DNA from: Octopus vulgaris
Taxonomy: Eukaryota
Reading direction: 5' to 3'
Assembly (NCBI GenBank): GCA_951406725.2
Contig: OX597822.1
Span: 109,988,001-110,052,000, forward strand
Length of the DNA: 64,000 nt
The stretch's first letter is position 1; each line of letters begins with the position of its first letter. Both the position numbers and the translations under genes were made by a program. Shown in pieces: positions 1-11,035 of the stretch. The notes below the pieces were generated by a model. It was not told where the DNA came from. It saw only the letters and a list, made by a program, of their open reading frames with translations, and did not search any database.

Positions 1-200
1 CAATAGTGCCCAATAAGAGGTAGAAATATTGTCAAAGTATCAAGACTTCAAATTTGAAGTATTCACGATATGGGGTATGAAGGTAAAAACAATACCAGTA
101 GTAGCTGCAGTATTGGGTATGATAAAAACATATGAACAAAAACATAAAAGCTATACAGGGACACTTAACACTACACACTATCCAACAAATAGCCCATCTA
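1..200 (+). pseudogene. R4/Dong-type non-LTR retrotransposon, restriction-like endonuclease (RLE) C-terminal fragment
   Basis: ORF 29..223 reads SKYQDFKFEVFTIWGMKVKTIPVVAAVLGMIK, aligning with the better-preserved copy at 44950-45600 (SKYKDLEIEISKMWKLKTKTIPVVIGALGMI). Confidence 0.75.
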
Positions 201-704
201 TGTACGATCCACGTTCCACGTAAGACACTATCGATTCAATAACATAACCCAAGCAAAACAATCCACGTACACAAGACACTCTATAGAGTAAATATTCAAT
301 AAAATAAACAGCCACCAGATGCCTGTTACCCAACAGAACACAACCCACATAACACACAACACGCAATACAAACACTGATGCGACAAAAGACTGCGACCAG
401 TCCCCATAACAAAACGAACCGGCGCAATACAATGCCGGAAGAGTTTGCGCTCCTCCGACAACAGTAAATAACACATAATTGTGCTACACGGAGGTGTAGC
501 AGTTGATGCAATAGAAATTTGCCTGAATCTACCAAATGTTGAATAATAATAATAACAACATCAACAACAATGAAAAAGATAGCAGTAGTACTGCGTGGCA
601 CCTTGGGCAAGTGTCTTCTACTATAGCCTCGGGCCGACCAAAGCCTTGTGAGTGGATTTGGTAGACGGAAATTGAAAGAAGCCCGTCGTATATATGTATA
701 TATA

Positions 705-1935
705 CAGGGTGTCCCAAAACAATGTATGCACACTTTAAACAATTATAAAGTAGTTGTTTATTAAAAGACACTTCATTTTCAAAATTTAATAGAATCTACA
801 GACATTATTTTATTGTTTTGTCAATGCCTGTTTTCAAACTGATGTCCGGTCTGGTCCAGGCACTGCTGACAACGCAAAGGAATGGAATCACAAATATCAC
901 AAAAGAATTTGTTTGGTATTTGTGTGCACTCTCGTCCAATGGCTGCTCACAAATCAGCGACTTGTAGGTTTCATAGCGTAGAATTTGTCTTTAAGGTATC
1001 CCCATAAAAAAGTCTAGTGGTGTGAGGTCTGGTGAATTCAACCATACCTCTTCATCCAATCCACCTGTTTAGCAAGATCTCATCAAGGAAGGATCTAACA
1101 TAGCAATGGTAGTGTGAGGGTGCCCCATCTTGCTGAAAATAAAACTCCTCATCTTCAAAGTCTTCTCTAATGCTTGGCATAACAGACTGTTGCAACAAGT
1201 TCAAGTAAACGGGACCAGTCACAGTAGCATAAGAAAAGAATGGTCTAATTAATCCTCTTGATGATAAACCACACCACACAAATATCAAATTAACATGGTG
1301 TTTCACCATAACATGCAGATTCTCAGGACCCCAGTAGGTGCAATTGTGGCAGTTAATTGAACCATTTAATTTGAATGTGGCTTCATCACTCCACACAATC
1401 TTTGTTGGAAAGTGCGCATCTTCTACACATCGTGCCAAGTACCACTCGCAATGCTGCACTCTTTCGTCTGGATCATCATCATTAATAGCATGGACTAATC
1501 TTGGAATGTAACTTTTCCATTGACAATGCTTCAAAATGCATTTTGGAATACCTACCTCATGACTCGCTTTGCCGCACATATTTTCTTGGACTTTGGTGAT
1601 TCATTTCCAGTACTCCTTGCTTTGTTGGGGTTGTTGATGTTCGGGGTCTTCTGGAATGCTTATCGTGGACATTCTGAACAGTTCCTTCAGCTTCAAACTT
1701 ATCTCTAATTCAAGTGATAGGGAGTTGCATTGGTGGATCTGTTTGAAACTCCCTCCCCAACTGTTTTTGCACTTCAACTGCATTTTCACACTTCCAGTAT
1801 TATTTTAGAATGAATTTTCTTTGTTCAAAGCTTAATCTGACTACCATCATTAAATCCTATAGGTTTCATCTGGAAAGAAAAAATATTAATTGAGTTATCA
1901 GCTGCTAAAGTGTGTATACATTGTTTTGGGACACC

Positions 1936-1938
<3 letters not shown>
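705..1938 (-). mobile_element. Tc1/mariner-superfamily DNA transposon, probably DD41D (rosa/Visitor) family, full length but decayed
   Basis: 33-bp TIRs CAGGGTGTCCCAAAACAATGTATRCACACTTTA at 705-737 and 1906-1938 (1 mismatch), TA on both sides, 1234 bp long. Confidence 0.9.
800..1850 (-). pseudogene. Transposase pseudogene, DD41D-like
   Basis: ORF 1052..1579 has [11 protein letters not shown] and FQQDGAPSH...RWIG. After a stop and a small deletion it continues SPDLTPLDF.LWGYLKDKFY. Restoring the missing WPxx gives about 41 residues between the 2nd and 3rd Asp. The N-terminus MVVRLSFEQRKFIL at ~1850 is frameshifted. Confidence 0.8.
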
Positions 1939-2010
<72 letters not shown>

Positions 2011-2447
2011 TGTGTGTGTTTGTGTGTCTGTGTTTGTCCCCTAGTGTTTATGTCCCCGTTACTTAGCGGTTCGGAAAAAGAGACCGATAGAATAAGTACT
2101 GGGCTTACAAAAGAATAAGTCCCGGGGTCGAGTTGCTCGACTAAAGGCGGTGCTCCAGCATAGCCGCAGTCAAATGACTGAAACAAGTAAAAGTGTAAAA
2201 GAGAGAGAGAGAGTAAAAAGTACCAATAATTGTCGGATCCCTGGGAACAGTGAGTACAAATCTCTAGAAGTACGAGGAACAAATAGTGACTGCAGTAAGT
2301 GTGGAGCAGTTGCAGAAAACAGCACTGCTTGGAACCGGTCGAATGCTCTGGAAGGTGCTCGAAAAATAAGAGGTGTTAGTTCACTGATAGTCAACAGCTG
2401 ACACTGTAGCACATCGCCAGAGCTAGAAGCTGTGCAAAGGCAAAAAG

Positions 2448-2448
2448 C

Positions 2449-2501
<53 letters not shown>

Positions 2502-2502
2502 C

Positions 2503-2552
<50 letters not shown>

Positions 2553-2553
2553 C

Positions 2554-2588
<35 letters not shown>

Positions 2589-2589
2589 C

Positions 2590-2624
<35 letters not shown>

Positions 2625-2644
2625 CAATAATAATAATAATAATG

Positions 2645-2713
<69 letters not shown>

Positions 2714-2728
2714 TTAATGATAATAATA
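2448..2728. repeat. (AAT)n microsatellite with periodic AAAAC interruptions, tail of the R4 copy
   Basis: Direct reading. Confidence 0.95.
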
Positions 2729-2818
2729 TATTCTCCTTTCACACCTTCCCATTCACACACAGGCAGACAGAGTTATAACTAAACGTTCAGTTTAATGTTA
2801 AATTGCATACACAGAGCC

Positions 2819-2850
<32 letters not shown>

Positions 2851-2874
2851 ATACACACATATATATATAATATA

Positions 2875-3687
2875 GTTTTTTTTATTATTTATTTCATCTA
2901 GTTTCAGCTCAAGCTGTGGCCATGCTGGGGTACCGCTATTAAATATCAGTGCCCATGAATAACTAAGCACGCTTACATTTTTCATGCAGAATACGTGCTC
3001 TCACAAAAGTGTCGACTGCCCTCTTAAACTTCTTCCTCCATCTGTGGTGATGACAGGCCTTGCTCTCCCAGTCGGTCTCCTGCAAGTCAGAGATGTTTAA
3101 TGAGGTCTTGACACAATCCTTAAATCGCAGCTTTGCTTCCTGCCGGGGTCTCTTTCCATCCGCACGTTCCCCATATAGCATCTGCTTAGGGATCTTGATA
3201 TCCTTCATGCTAATAAGGTGTCCAGTCTAACGTATCCGGTGCTTGTGCACCATTTCCCAATTACTCGAGATATCAGCTGTCCCCAGGACATGTGTGTCTT
3301 TGGTTTTTAAGGTCCAGCCAACATTCAGTATGTGTCTGAGACATCTCTAATGAAAGCGTTCATAGGCCCTTACATGATACTTAATTACGCATTTGTACTC
3401 AGCATTAGTCTGAACAAGACTGATTTAATGTTCCAGCCTAGACTAGGAAATCCAAAAGTGGAACAAGCTATCTTGGTTGAAGAAATAATTCTGTAAGTGG
3501 TAAACAACTTTGTCTACCTGGGCAGCACGCCCAGCCGTTCTTGCTCTTTGTATGATGAAATATCTTTCGGGCTGCAGTGAACAACTGATTCCTTCTGGTC
3601 TCTTCAGTTTCGTGTCTTGTCCCAGCATGGCTTAACAAAGCAAACAAAAATTGCTGTGTACCGTGCATGTGTACTGACATCGCTCCT

Positions 3688-3691
<4 letters not shown>
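2875..3691 (-). mobile_element. RTE-clade (BovB-like) LINE 3' fragment with an inverted 5' segment
   Basis: Minus strand 3380-2963 reads ERFH*RCLRHIL...IPKQMLYGERADGKRPRQEAKLRFKDCVKTSL, then a 3' UTR and A-rich tail. Plus strand 3387-3691 reads the upstream RTE block LSISLNKTDLMFQP...VVNNFVYLGST...DEI...TKIAVYRACVLTSLL. Confidence 0.85.
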
Positions 3692-3733
<42 letters not shown>

Positions 3734-3750
3734 CATACACACATATATAC

Positions 3751-3786
<36 letters not shown>

Positions 3787-4739
3787 CTAAAGAATAAGTG
3801 TGAGAGTGAGTGGAGAAACAAGGAGAGAGAGATAACTACCTAGACAGACATACACAGACACACAGACGGATAGATAGATAATAAGAAAAGTATACATGTA
3901 CACATACATAGTGCACATTAATATGTATGAATGTGGGAATTTGTTAGTATTAAATGTATATTTGCATTAAGAAAATAAATAAAACCACCAACATGTTCGA
4001 GTCTACTGCTCTTCATACATCGTCAGATAGACAGACACTTCTACAGACGTGTCTCAGTATAGTCGAAACAGAATACCAAACAGCATAGCTGAATTAGGAT
4101 GCAGGCATTAACACAAGACTAGAGGATTATGTAACCATTCCGATACTTAATTAGTTTTCAGCCTGTAGCAGTTTACTTTTCTTTCAAGTTCCACATTGAG
4201 AAAACTATAAAGCCTTAGATGCAAGATGTCTTCATCAGGCGTAGTGTCATAAATCTGTTATGTTTAATTATATAGAAATTTTACTTGATCACTTATGTTG
4301 CTAATGTTTGGAATAAAGGCAGTTTGCCATCTGTTATATGGTTGGCATTTCCTGTCAAGTCAAGAAACACACCAATCATGGATTCAAGACGGAATGCATG
4401 ACAGCTGCTCGCATTGAGTCAAGTTCGTGATTTAGTTTTGAAATTAATTCCAACTAAACCGCTAAACGTGTACCGCCACTGATAAGTATAGTCCTGTCAT
4501 TATCTATTTTATATCTTGGATTCTGGCGAAAGTCGTTGTCGGTCAGAGATGTCTAACATACCATACAATGATTGAGAATATTTCTCACCTTTAAGTAAAA
4601 CGATGTATGGCACAGTATGTCCACCAGACTACTATATATATTTCAGAAAAGAAGGGGTGTATTTCCACACAGGAAAAAATATAGGAGAATTTGTTGTGGA
4701 AAATGCATCTGAATTTGAAAAACTTGTAACTGTTTTTAA

Positions 4740-6000
4740 ATGAATTTATTTACATACATACCAAACTAGTTTCAACAATTTTTTGTTTATCAATGGTATA
4801 AACGTATGGGATTATTTGTTTTTTAATTGCGAAATAGAAAACATGTTTAAAAGGTTAAATGTTCACAAAATTCAATAATATCAAATATAATCGAGGAAGA
4901 AGAATATTAAAAAAATGTGGATCAACACGTTTAAATGATTAAATGTTCGCAAAATTCAATAATATCAGAAATGATCGGCGAAGAATATGGAAAATGTTTA
5001 TCACCAATAATTCGGTCATACTGAGTTAAGAGAGAGAGAGAGAGACTGAGAGAGAGAGAGAGAGAGTGAGAGAGTGAGAGAGAGAGAGAAAGAAGAATGT
5101 AAAGAAGATGGGTTTGTTACAGTTTCTATGATCTTGTTTTCATTTTGCCGTCGCGTGCAGGGATTTTGCTCGTAACGGAGTGTTTTGGAATCAGTGTATT
5201 TATAAGTTTTTGCGTGAACTGATCTAATTTTTGATTCGTTAAAATTCTGATGACGTCTTATTCTTTCTGGTGGTCAAGTTTGGCGTTCTGCCTGGTCGAT
5301 TTCCCTGTAGGGAATGATCATCTACCGTTCCAGTTGGCTGATTCTCTTAAAGGGTCAGTTTGCTTTATTTGCTGAAGGTCTGGTTCTGATCGGAGGTAAA
5401 ATTTCTTTAGTCTAGAGTTAGGTGACGTCAGCAACTGGTGTTTATATGGCGTTATTTTATGGTGACTTGGATTTGCAGTTTCGAAACCCGAGAGGAAGAA
5501 TGTTACTAGCGTTTTTCGAATTATATCTGTTGTATCTGGTTGTTTTTTATGTGGGGAAATTTAGTTTTTTCTTCATCTTAGTGTTTCTTTTTCTTTCTAA
5601 AGGATATGCAGCTGTGGTTTATATTTTTTAATGAGAATGCACTCCTTATTTGACCGGAATTAGGCTAAAGTGTTTCCACTGCATTGATAGAGAAGAACAA
5701 TTTGGTATTTCGGGCTTATGTTTTCGGGGCATTGGTCTATTTGTTTCCTTACGGGAATTTTCCTGGTCGTGGGTCCTGGATTTGTTGTCAGTGTACCGTC
5801 AGTTTGTCCCTCAAAGACAAACTAGCTTGACATATGTAGTCTCCATCACGCCCTCCACATTTGAGAACATAGACCAAGTTCTTCGATGCACATGTGAAGT
5901 GATTTCTTTAATGGTAAAATTTGACCTAACTTAAATGACCAATTTTAGATACAATTGGATTTTACTCACAAGATATTGGAATCTTACATGTATACCATTC
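4740..6000 (-). mobile_element. Penelope-like element 3' part: GIY-YIG endonuclease remnant, long 3' region and hammerhead
   Basis: Minus strand ~5930-5600 reads NHFTCASKNLVYVLKCGGRDGDYICQASLSLRDKLTVH...KECILIKKYKPQL. An ~85-bp tandem duplication lies at 4840-4990 and an HHR motif at 4758-4799. Confidence 0.7.
4758..4799 (-). ncRNA. Minimal type I hammerhead motif, U3:A8 core variant
   Basis: Minus strand ATACCA-TTGATAA-ACAA aaaa TTGT t-GAAAC-TAGT-T-TGGTAT: 6-bp helix I, helix II, palindromic ACTAGT helix III. Confidence 0.65.
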
Positions 6001-6124
6001 TGCTTAAATACTGGATCTACAAATGCAATATCCCTGCGTATCTCACACCTGTTTTCATTCCTCCATTTCATCACTATTTCGTATCTTATCTAAACTAACT
6101 ATTGCTTAACCATTTTCTCACACT

Positions 6125-6172
6125 GTCTCCGATGAAGGGATATAATAAATATCCTGGAAATAGCTGTTTGAC
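6125..6172 (+). ncRNA. Degenerate minimal type I hammerhead motif, CCGATGAA core
   Basis: GTCT-CCGATGAA-GGGATAT aataa ATATCCT-g-GAAA-TAGCTGT-T-TGAC: 7-bp helix II, near-palindrome A(c>t)AGCTGT, weak helix I. Confidence 0.55.
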
Positions 6173-6377
6173 TTTCTATTTATAAATGTTCTAAAGTCTT
6201 CACAGCCTTCGTTTTTTTTTATCTTATTCTTTAAAAAAATAATATATACACGCGCTGATATATGACCTACGTTGGACTCTTTATTCGCATAATCACCGAA
6301 CCTGGTCATCCATAGCACTTACACAGCATTACCTAACACCTTTGGGTCTTACTGATACCATTCCCTCTCATGACACC

Positions 6378-6425
<48 letters not shown>

Positions 6426-6704
6426 GCATATGCATATACACATATGCATATACATGTAAATACATACGACTATGTAAATATTTATATATACATACGCATA
6501 TATACATGTATATGTATGTATATTACTATGTATGCATGAATGTATGTATACATGTGTTCATGAATGTATATATATACATATATATAAAAATTAATCAAGA
6601 AAATTTAGGATTAATTTTCATTATATAATGTCAGTCGATTCCAAGTTTTTCTATATTCATTAGAATTACACAAAATCAAAATATGCTCTTGAGTGTCTAG
6701 TGTA

Positions 6705-6742
<38 letters not shown>

Positions 6743-7086
6743 TATGTGTGCGTGTGTGCGAGCTTTTGTGTGTACGCGTGTGTGCGTGCACGTACGTACA
6801 AGGGTAGGAAACGAAGTATTTATTCCTTACACTGGCAGTACAGTTTCATGGCTAGCAATGTGTGGTTCAAATCTGCTTCTTTGGTGGTTCGAAGCTGTTT
6901 TTGCATGTCTATGCGATGATTACAGATGTTTGATAATATAGTTAATATTAAAATATTCAGGATTCCGGCTGCTGTACTTAGATGTTAATTCGTCGCATCA
7001 GAATCCTAATGAAGGTGCTGTGCACGTTAAATCGAATTAAAATCTGTGAGATATGTGAACAGAAACTTAATGTAGTATATCTCTAA

Positions 7087-7136
<50 letters not shown>

Positions 7137-7176
7137 GTCTGTGTGTGTCTCTCACTGTCTGTCTGTCTCTCTCTCT

Positions 7177-7210
<34 letters not shown>

Positions 7211-7236
7211 AGAGAGACAGACAGACAGACAGTGAG

Positions 7237-7300
<64 letters not shown>

Positions 7301-7849
7301 GTGTGTGTGTGTTGTGTGTGCATGTGTGTGTATGTGTGACTGTGTGTGTATGTATGTACATCTAAATACAAAAAATTCTGATGCTCAGCCAGTTTCATAC
7401 GCTATATGCACACACCATCACGCGCCTGCACACACACACACACACACTCACCCATACACACATGAACACGCACGCACACACACATACGCACGTACACACA
7501 CATTCACACTCACATATGTCTACCTGTGGATGTGTGTTGAATGATAAACGCAGTTCAAACAGTGGGTGTAATATATGCGAAAGAACGTACAATATCGAGA
7601 TATAAAAGAGTTCCAACGGAGAATCCCACAAAATTCAAACAGCCAAACACGATGAAGAAACTCTCAGTGAAGAAACCAAACAGAATACATTAAAAGATTT
7701 CAAAATCTCAAATACCAAACATTGACACAGCGAATCATTTCCTGGTCCAAAGACAGTTGTTGAAATCATCACACATTCGTGTTTCATTAAACGATTTCTT
7801 TCGGACCAACGTGTTTTGATTTTAACCTGGACTATACAGAACTTTAGTC

Positions 7850-9189
7850 ACATATATTCCACTTCTGAATCAATTATACCAAATTCTTGTGTGTGCGTCA
7901 TTATAAGTGTAATTCTGTACGCGTGTGTGTATGTGTGTGTGCGTCTGTGTGTCTGTGTGTCTGTGTATGCGTGTGTGTAGGCGCAACAGGCTATCCTATT
8001 CCATTGAAGTTTAGATTTAGAGACATTCATAAGATATAGTTTAAGTGAAATATTCTCCATTTTCCAGTATATAGCACTATACGCCGGAGTTGATCCTACA
8101 CACCATGGAGTTATCATTGGTGTATATGGTATTTCCAAAGGTGTAGGTCCTACATAGTTGCGATCTGATGGAGCTTCCTGGCTTTTCAACGATGTTAATG
8201 TTGAGTTTGGCATTCTTCAGAGCTTTTCTAAATCTACGAGCTAGATCTTCATGGACTGTGGCCCCTACAAACATCACTCCTTGTACCACGTCTTCAACCT
8301 GTTTGCTTTGTAACAAACTCTTTGTATTCTATTCCAGTCTTAACTCCTGTTTCTAGGGCAGGTACCACTAGTTTCGTTACCTATAATGTTATCTAACTTC
8401 TTTCTGGTACCCCTGTATACTCGAACCCTATTTTCCTGATCATATTCCAGGAATTGTATGTGGTGCATGAAGTTCTGAACCTGTTTCTTCGTTTCATAGG
8501 TTTTACATAGCTTTGCACGTTGTTCATTTTCCTAACTAAGTCTGCTATCAGTATGCTGATTTTCATGTTGTGTGACAAACCTGAGTTCTTGTGAACAACA
8601 TATTTCGAAGCTATGGGTTTCATGTAACAGGAGAGGAGGAGCTATGCTCTGTTGTTCACAGTCTCTAACCAAAGTTCAATATCAAGAAAGGGGAATTTAT
8701 TTTTGGGATGCCTAGTGGAGTAGTCTGCAGTTACCTTGATACTTTGGCGGATAGGGTTAGCTGCCAATGGATGCACCTTCATCCTTCATGTATATTTTCC
8801 TGTTAACCTTTACTATGTGGTTCTTTAATGCGGTTCTTATGCTGGTCCCTATTGCATGTGCAATCATTCTTTTCACCCGATCCCTGTTCTCAGGGTCATG
8901 GGTGGGCATGTTCCAGCAACTCCAGCGCTCTGCGGTGCTTTTCGTCACTGCTGAGATGATGGTGGGTGGTCTTCCCCCTGTGATCTTGTGGGACAGAATC
9001 TACTAAGGTCATGTTTGTCTAAATAGTGTCTGCCATAGCTCAGTTTATGGATGAGGCCCAGTTCCCTTGTGTTGACTTCACGGAACTCCACTTCACTTAC
9101 AAAGATAATCCTAGTGCATTTCTCCACAGCAAAATCTATGTCTATAGATATGTAGAGTGAGATTACATTCATAGTACCCACTACACAAC

Positions 9190-9192
<3 letters not shown>
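7850..9192 (-). pseudogene. Penelope-like element reverse transcriptase and partial endonuclease, fragmented
   Basis: ORF pieces GCVVGTMNVISLYISID (RT motif A), IYMKDEGASIGS (motif B), KNKFPFLDIELW, MKPIASKYVVHKNSGLSHNMK (thumb) and VMFVGATVHEDLARRFRK. Many frameshifts. Confidence 0.75.
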
Positions 9193-9221
<29 letters not shown>

Positions 9222-9223
<2 letters not shown>

Positions 9224-9410
9224 CCATGATAGACCACTAACCACTACACATTCTTTATTTTCTCTCTTTATTTTCTCTTCTTGTTTCTTTCTGTGTTCCT
9301 TTATGTGGAAGAGCGTGGAATTTTTCACTTCCCGAGTGTTATATTGATAGATCTGTTTGTTGTCTACACCACCTGTCTTCGTCTTTAGTTTTTTTGTGAA
9401 TTCTCCCCCT
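9222..9410 (+). mobile_element. Short non-coding element embedded in (TA)n, probably a PLE terminal-repeat relic
   Basis: Flanked by (TA)n. Its 3' part resembles the reverse complement of 12127-12193 (CACCTGYCTTCGTCTTT). Confidence 0.4.
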
Positions 9411-9449
9411 TATATATATAGGCAATAATAAATTTCTCTCTATACACAA

Positions 9450-9501
<52 letters not shown>

Positions 9502-9592
9502 TTGTAATTACTTATAAGATAAAGATATAATCATAAAATGATAATATCGATGACCTAGCACTTAAAATGACCGTCTAGGTAATATTGATGCA

Positions 9593-9972
9593 TTTTTCTT
9601 TACGTATATAATTATAAAGATATAAGTATAGTTAAGGGCTACTTGAAATGACCATCGCCAATGCTAGAAATAGGTGTCAAATACCTACAATCCATGTTCA
9701 ACCATGTATATTTCTCGTTTATACATTAATGGTTTATTCTACTGAAGATCGTAAAGCAATTTTTGCTGGTTGTGAAATCTCAAGGTATAGAATTATCCAG
9801 TATTTTTAGCATTTTCTTGCTCCTTTCTACGCGTTCGTACCTGTGGTTGAGTAGAGAAAACAAATTGTAGAGTGGATTGTAGGTATTTGGTATCTATTTC
9901 TAGCATTGGCGATGGTCTTTTTCAGTAGCACTTAACCTTAATTATATCTTTATGATTGCATACGTAAAAAAA
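9593..9972. repeat. ~100-bp imperfect inverted repeats (9593-9694 / 9873-9972) enclosing a hammerhead motif
   Basis: GACCATCGCCAATGCTAGAAATAG...CAAATACCTACAATCCA versus TGGATTGTAGGTATTTG...CTATTTCTAGCATTGGCGATGGTC. Confidence 0.85.
9736..9793 (+). ncRNA. Type I hammerhead motif, canonical CTGAAGA core, decayed helices II/III
   Basis: ATTCTA-CTGAAGA-(AGCAA ttt TTGCT hairpin)-GAAA-TCTCAAGGT-A-TAGAAT. Confidence 0.55.
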
Positions 9973-10054
9973 TTATAAATTATACTTGTGTATATAAATA
10001 CAACTATGTCTCGTAAACTTGTACTTACATAAATATGTCTATTATTTTTTGTTA

Positions 10055-10293
10055 CGCCCTTTTAAAGCCTAGCCTCATGGACCCAGTTTCCCGGTTTCTA
10101 TGGCGTGTTTCCAAAGTGCACGGGACGCCAGTCCATCGCAGCGTTACTCATTTTTGCCAGCTGATTGGACTTGAACAACGTGAGATGAAGTATTTTGCTC
10201 AAGAACACAACGCGTCGCCGGGGTCCAGGAATCGAAAGCACAATCTTACGATCACAGTGCTGACACCCTAACCACTAAGCCACGCGCATCCAC
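10055..10293 (-). mobile_element. tRNA-derived SINE with a CORE-like segment and a V-domain-like 3' part
   Basis: A box TGGCTTAGTGG, B box TTTCGATTCC, then TTGTGTTCTTGAGCAA and GCGATGGACTGGCGTCCCGT...GAAACCGGG. Confidence 0.7.
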
Positions 10294-10647
10294 AAATATA
10301 TGTCTACATGCTTATATTTATGTGTCTGTAGATATATGTGCTTATCTCAGTAGCTCTGTGTTTCTGTACGCATGCATCTTCGTATAGGCATGCAGATTAT
10401 AAACTCGTACGCCGTCTCTATGTCTGAATTTGATTTGGAATTTGTTTATAAAACGATCTAGAAACTCCAAATTTTAACACATGTTTTGTATTTGTGGAAA
10501 TATGTACAACGTAAATTGAAAAAAAAAAAAAAAAATTGAGCAAGCACTTCCACCCACCCCTCAAAAAAGTAACATTCAACATGGAAGATTTAAACCTAAG
10601 AAAAATAGCGCAGAGAAGTTAATGCCAGACCGCATACATGGTGTAGA

Positions 10648-11035
10648 GTGGAGGCGCAATGGCCCAGTGGTTACGGCAGCGGACTCGCGGTCATAGGATT
10701 GCGGTTTCGATTCCCAGACCGGGCATTGTGAATGTTTATTGAGCGAAAACACCTAAAGCTCCACGAGGCTCCGGTAGGGGATGGTGGTGATCCCTGCTGT
10801 AGTATTTCACCACAACTTTCTCTCACTCTTACTTCCTGTTTCTGTTGTACCTGTATTTCAAAGGGCTGGCCTTGTCACTCTCTGTGTCACGCTGAATATC
10901 CCCGAGAACTACGTTAAGGGTACACGTGTCTGTGGAGTGCTCAGCCACTTACACGTTAATTTCACGAGCAGGCTGTTCCGTTGATTCGGATCAACCGGAA
11001 CCCTCGTCGTTGTAACCGACGGAGTGCTTCCATCC
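10648..11035 (+). mobile_element. Full-length tRNA(Arg-like)-derived SINE with 12-bp TSD
   Basis: A box TGGCCCAGTGG, CTCGCG anticodon-like loop, B box GTTTCGATTCCC. ACATGGTGTAGA is duplicated at 10636-10647 and 11036-11047. Confidence 0.9.

Larger units (their letters stand above)
591..2218 (+). mobile_element. SINE family A, 5'-truncated, split by a DNA transposon (parts 591-704 and 1939-2218)
   Basis: Both parts match the full-length copy at 58184-58589. AGTA(C) is duplicated at 587 and 2219. Confidence 0.9.
570..2447 (+). mobile_element. 5'-truncated R4/Dong-type LINE 3' end, interrupted by a SINE that is itself interrupted by a transposon
   Basis: Joining 570-590 to 2223 onward gives in-frame MKKIAVV|PIIVGSLGTVSTNL*KYEEQ...LQKTALLGTGRMLWKVLEK*, then a 3' UTR and (AAT)n. 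The same UTR recurs at 45928-46022. Confidence 0.75.

Noticed and set aside
2170-2782. Long poly-I/L/N ORFs, and the YI/CV/HT/LSIY ORFs throughout (e.g. 46731..47612, 30862..31590)
   Set aside because: They are translations of stop-free microsatellites, not genes.
4001-4045. Minus-strand GTCTAT-CTGACGA...TAGAC hammerhead-like start
   Set aside because: There is no helix II or GAAA between the core and the closing strand.
7000-7045. CTAATGAA-GGTGC tgt GCAC hairpin resembling a decayed hammerhead
   Set aside because: The core is mutated, GAAA is absent and helix I is not evident.
10650-10720. tRNA-like sequences with A/B boxes (also 54231, 58184, 60785)
   Set aside because: No complete acceptor stem, and each continues into a SINE body; these are SINE heads, not tRNA genes.
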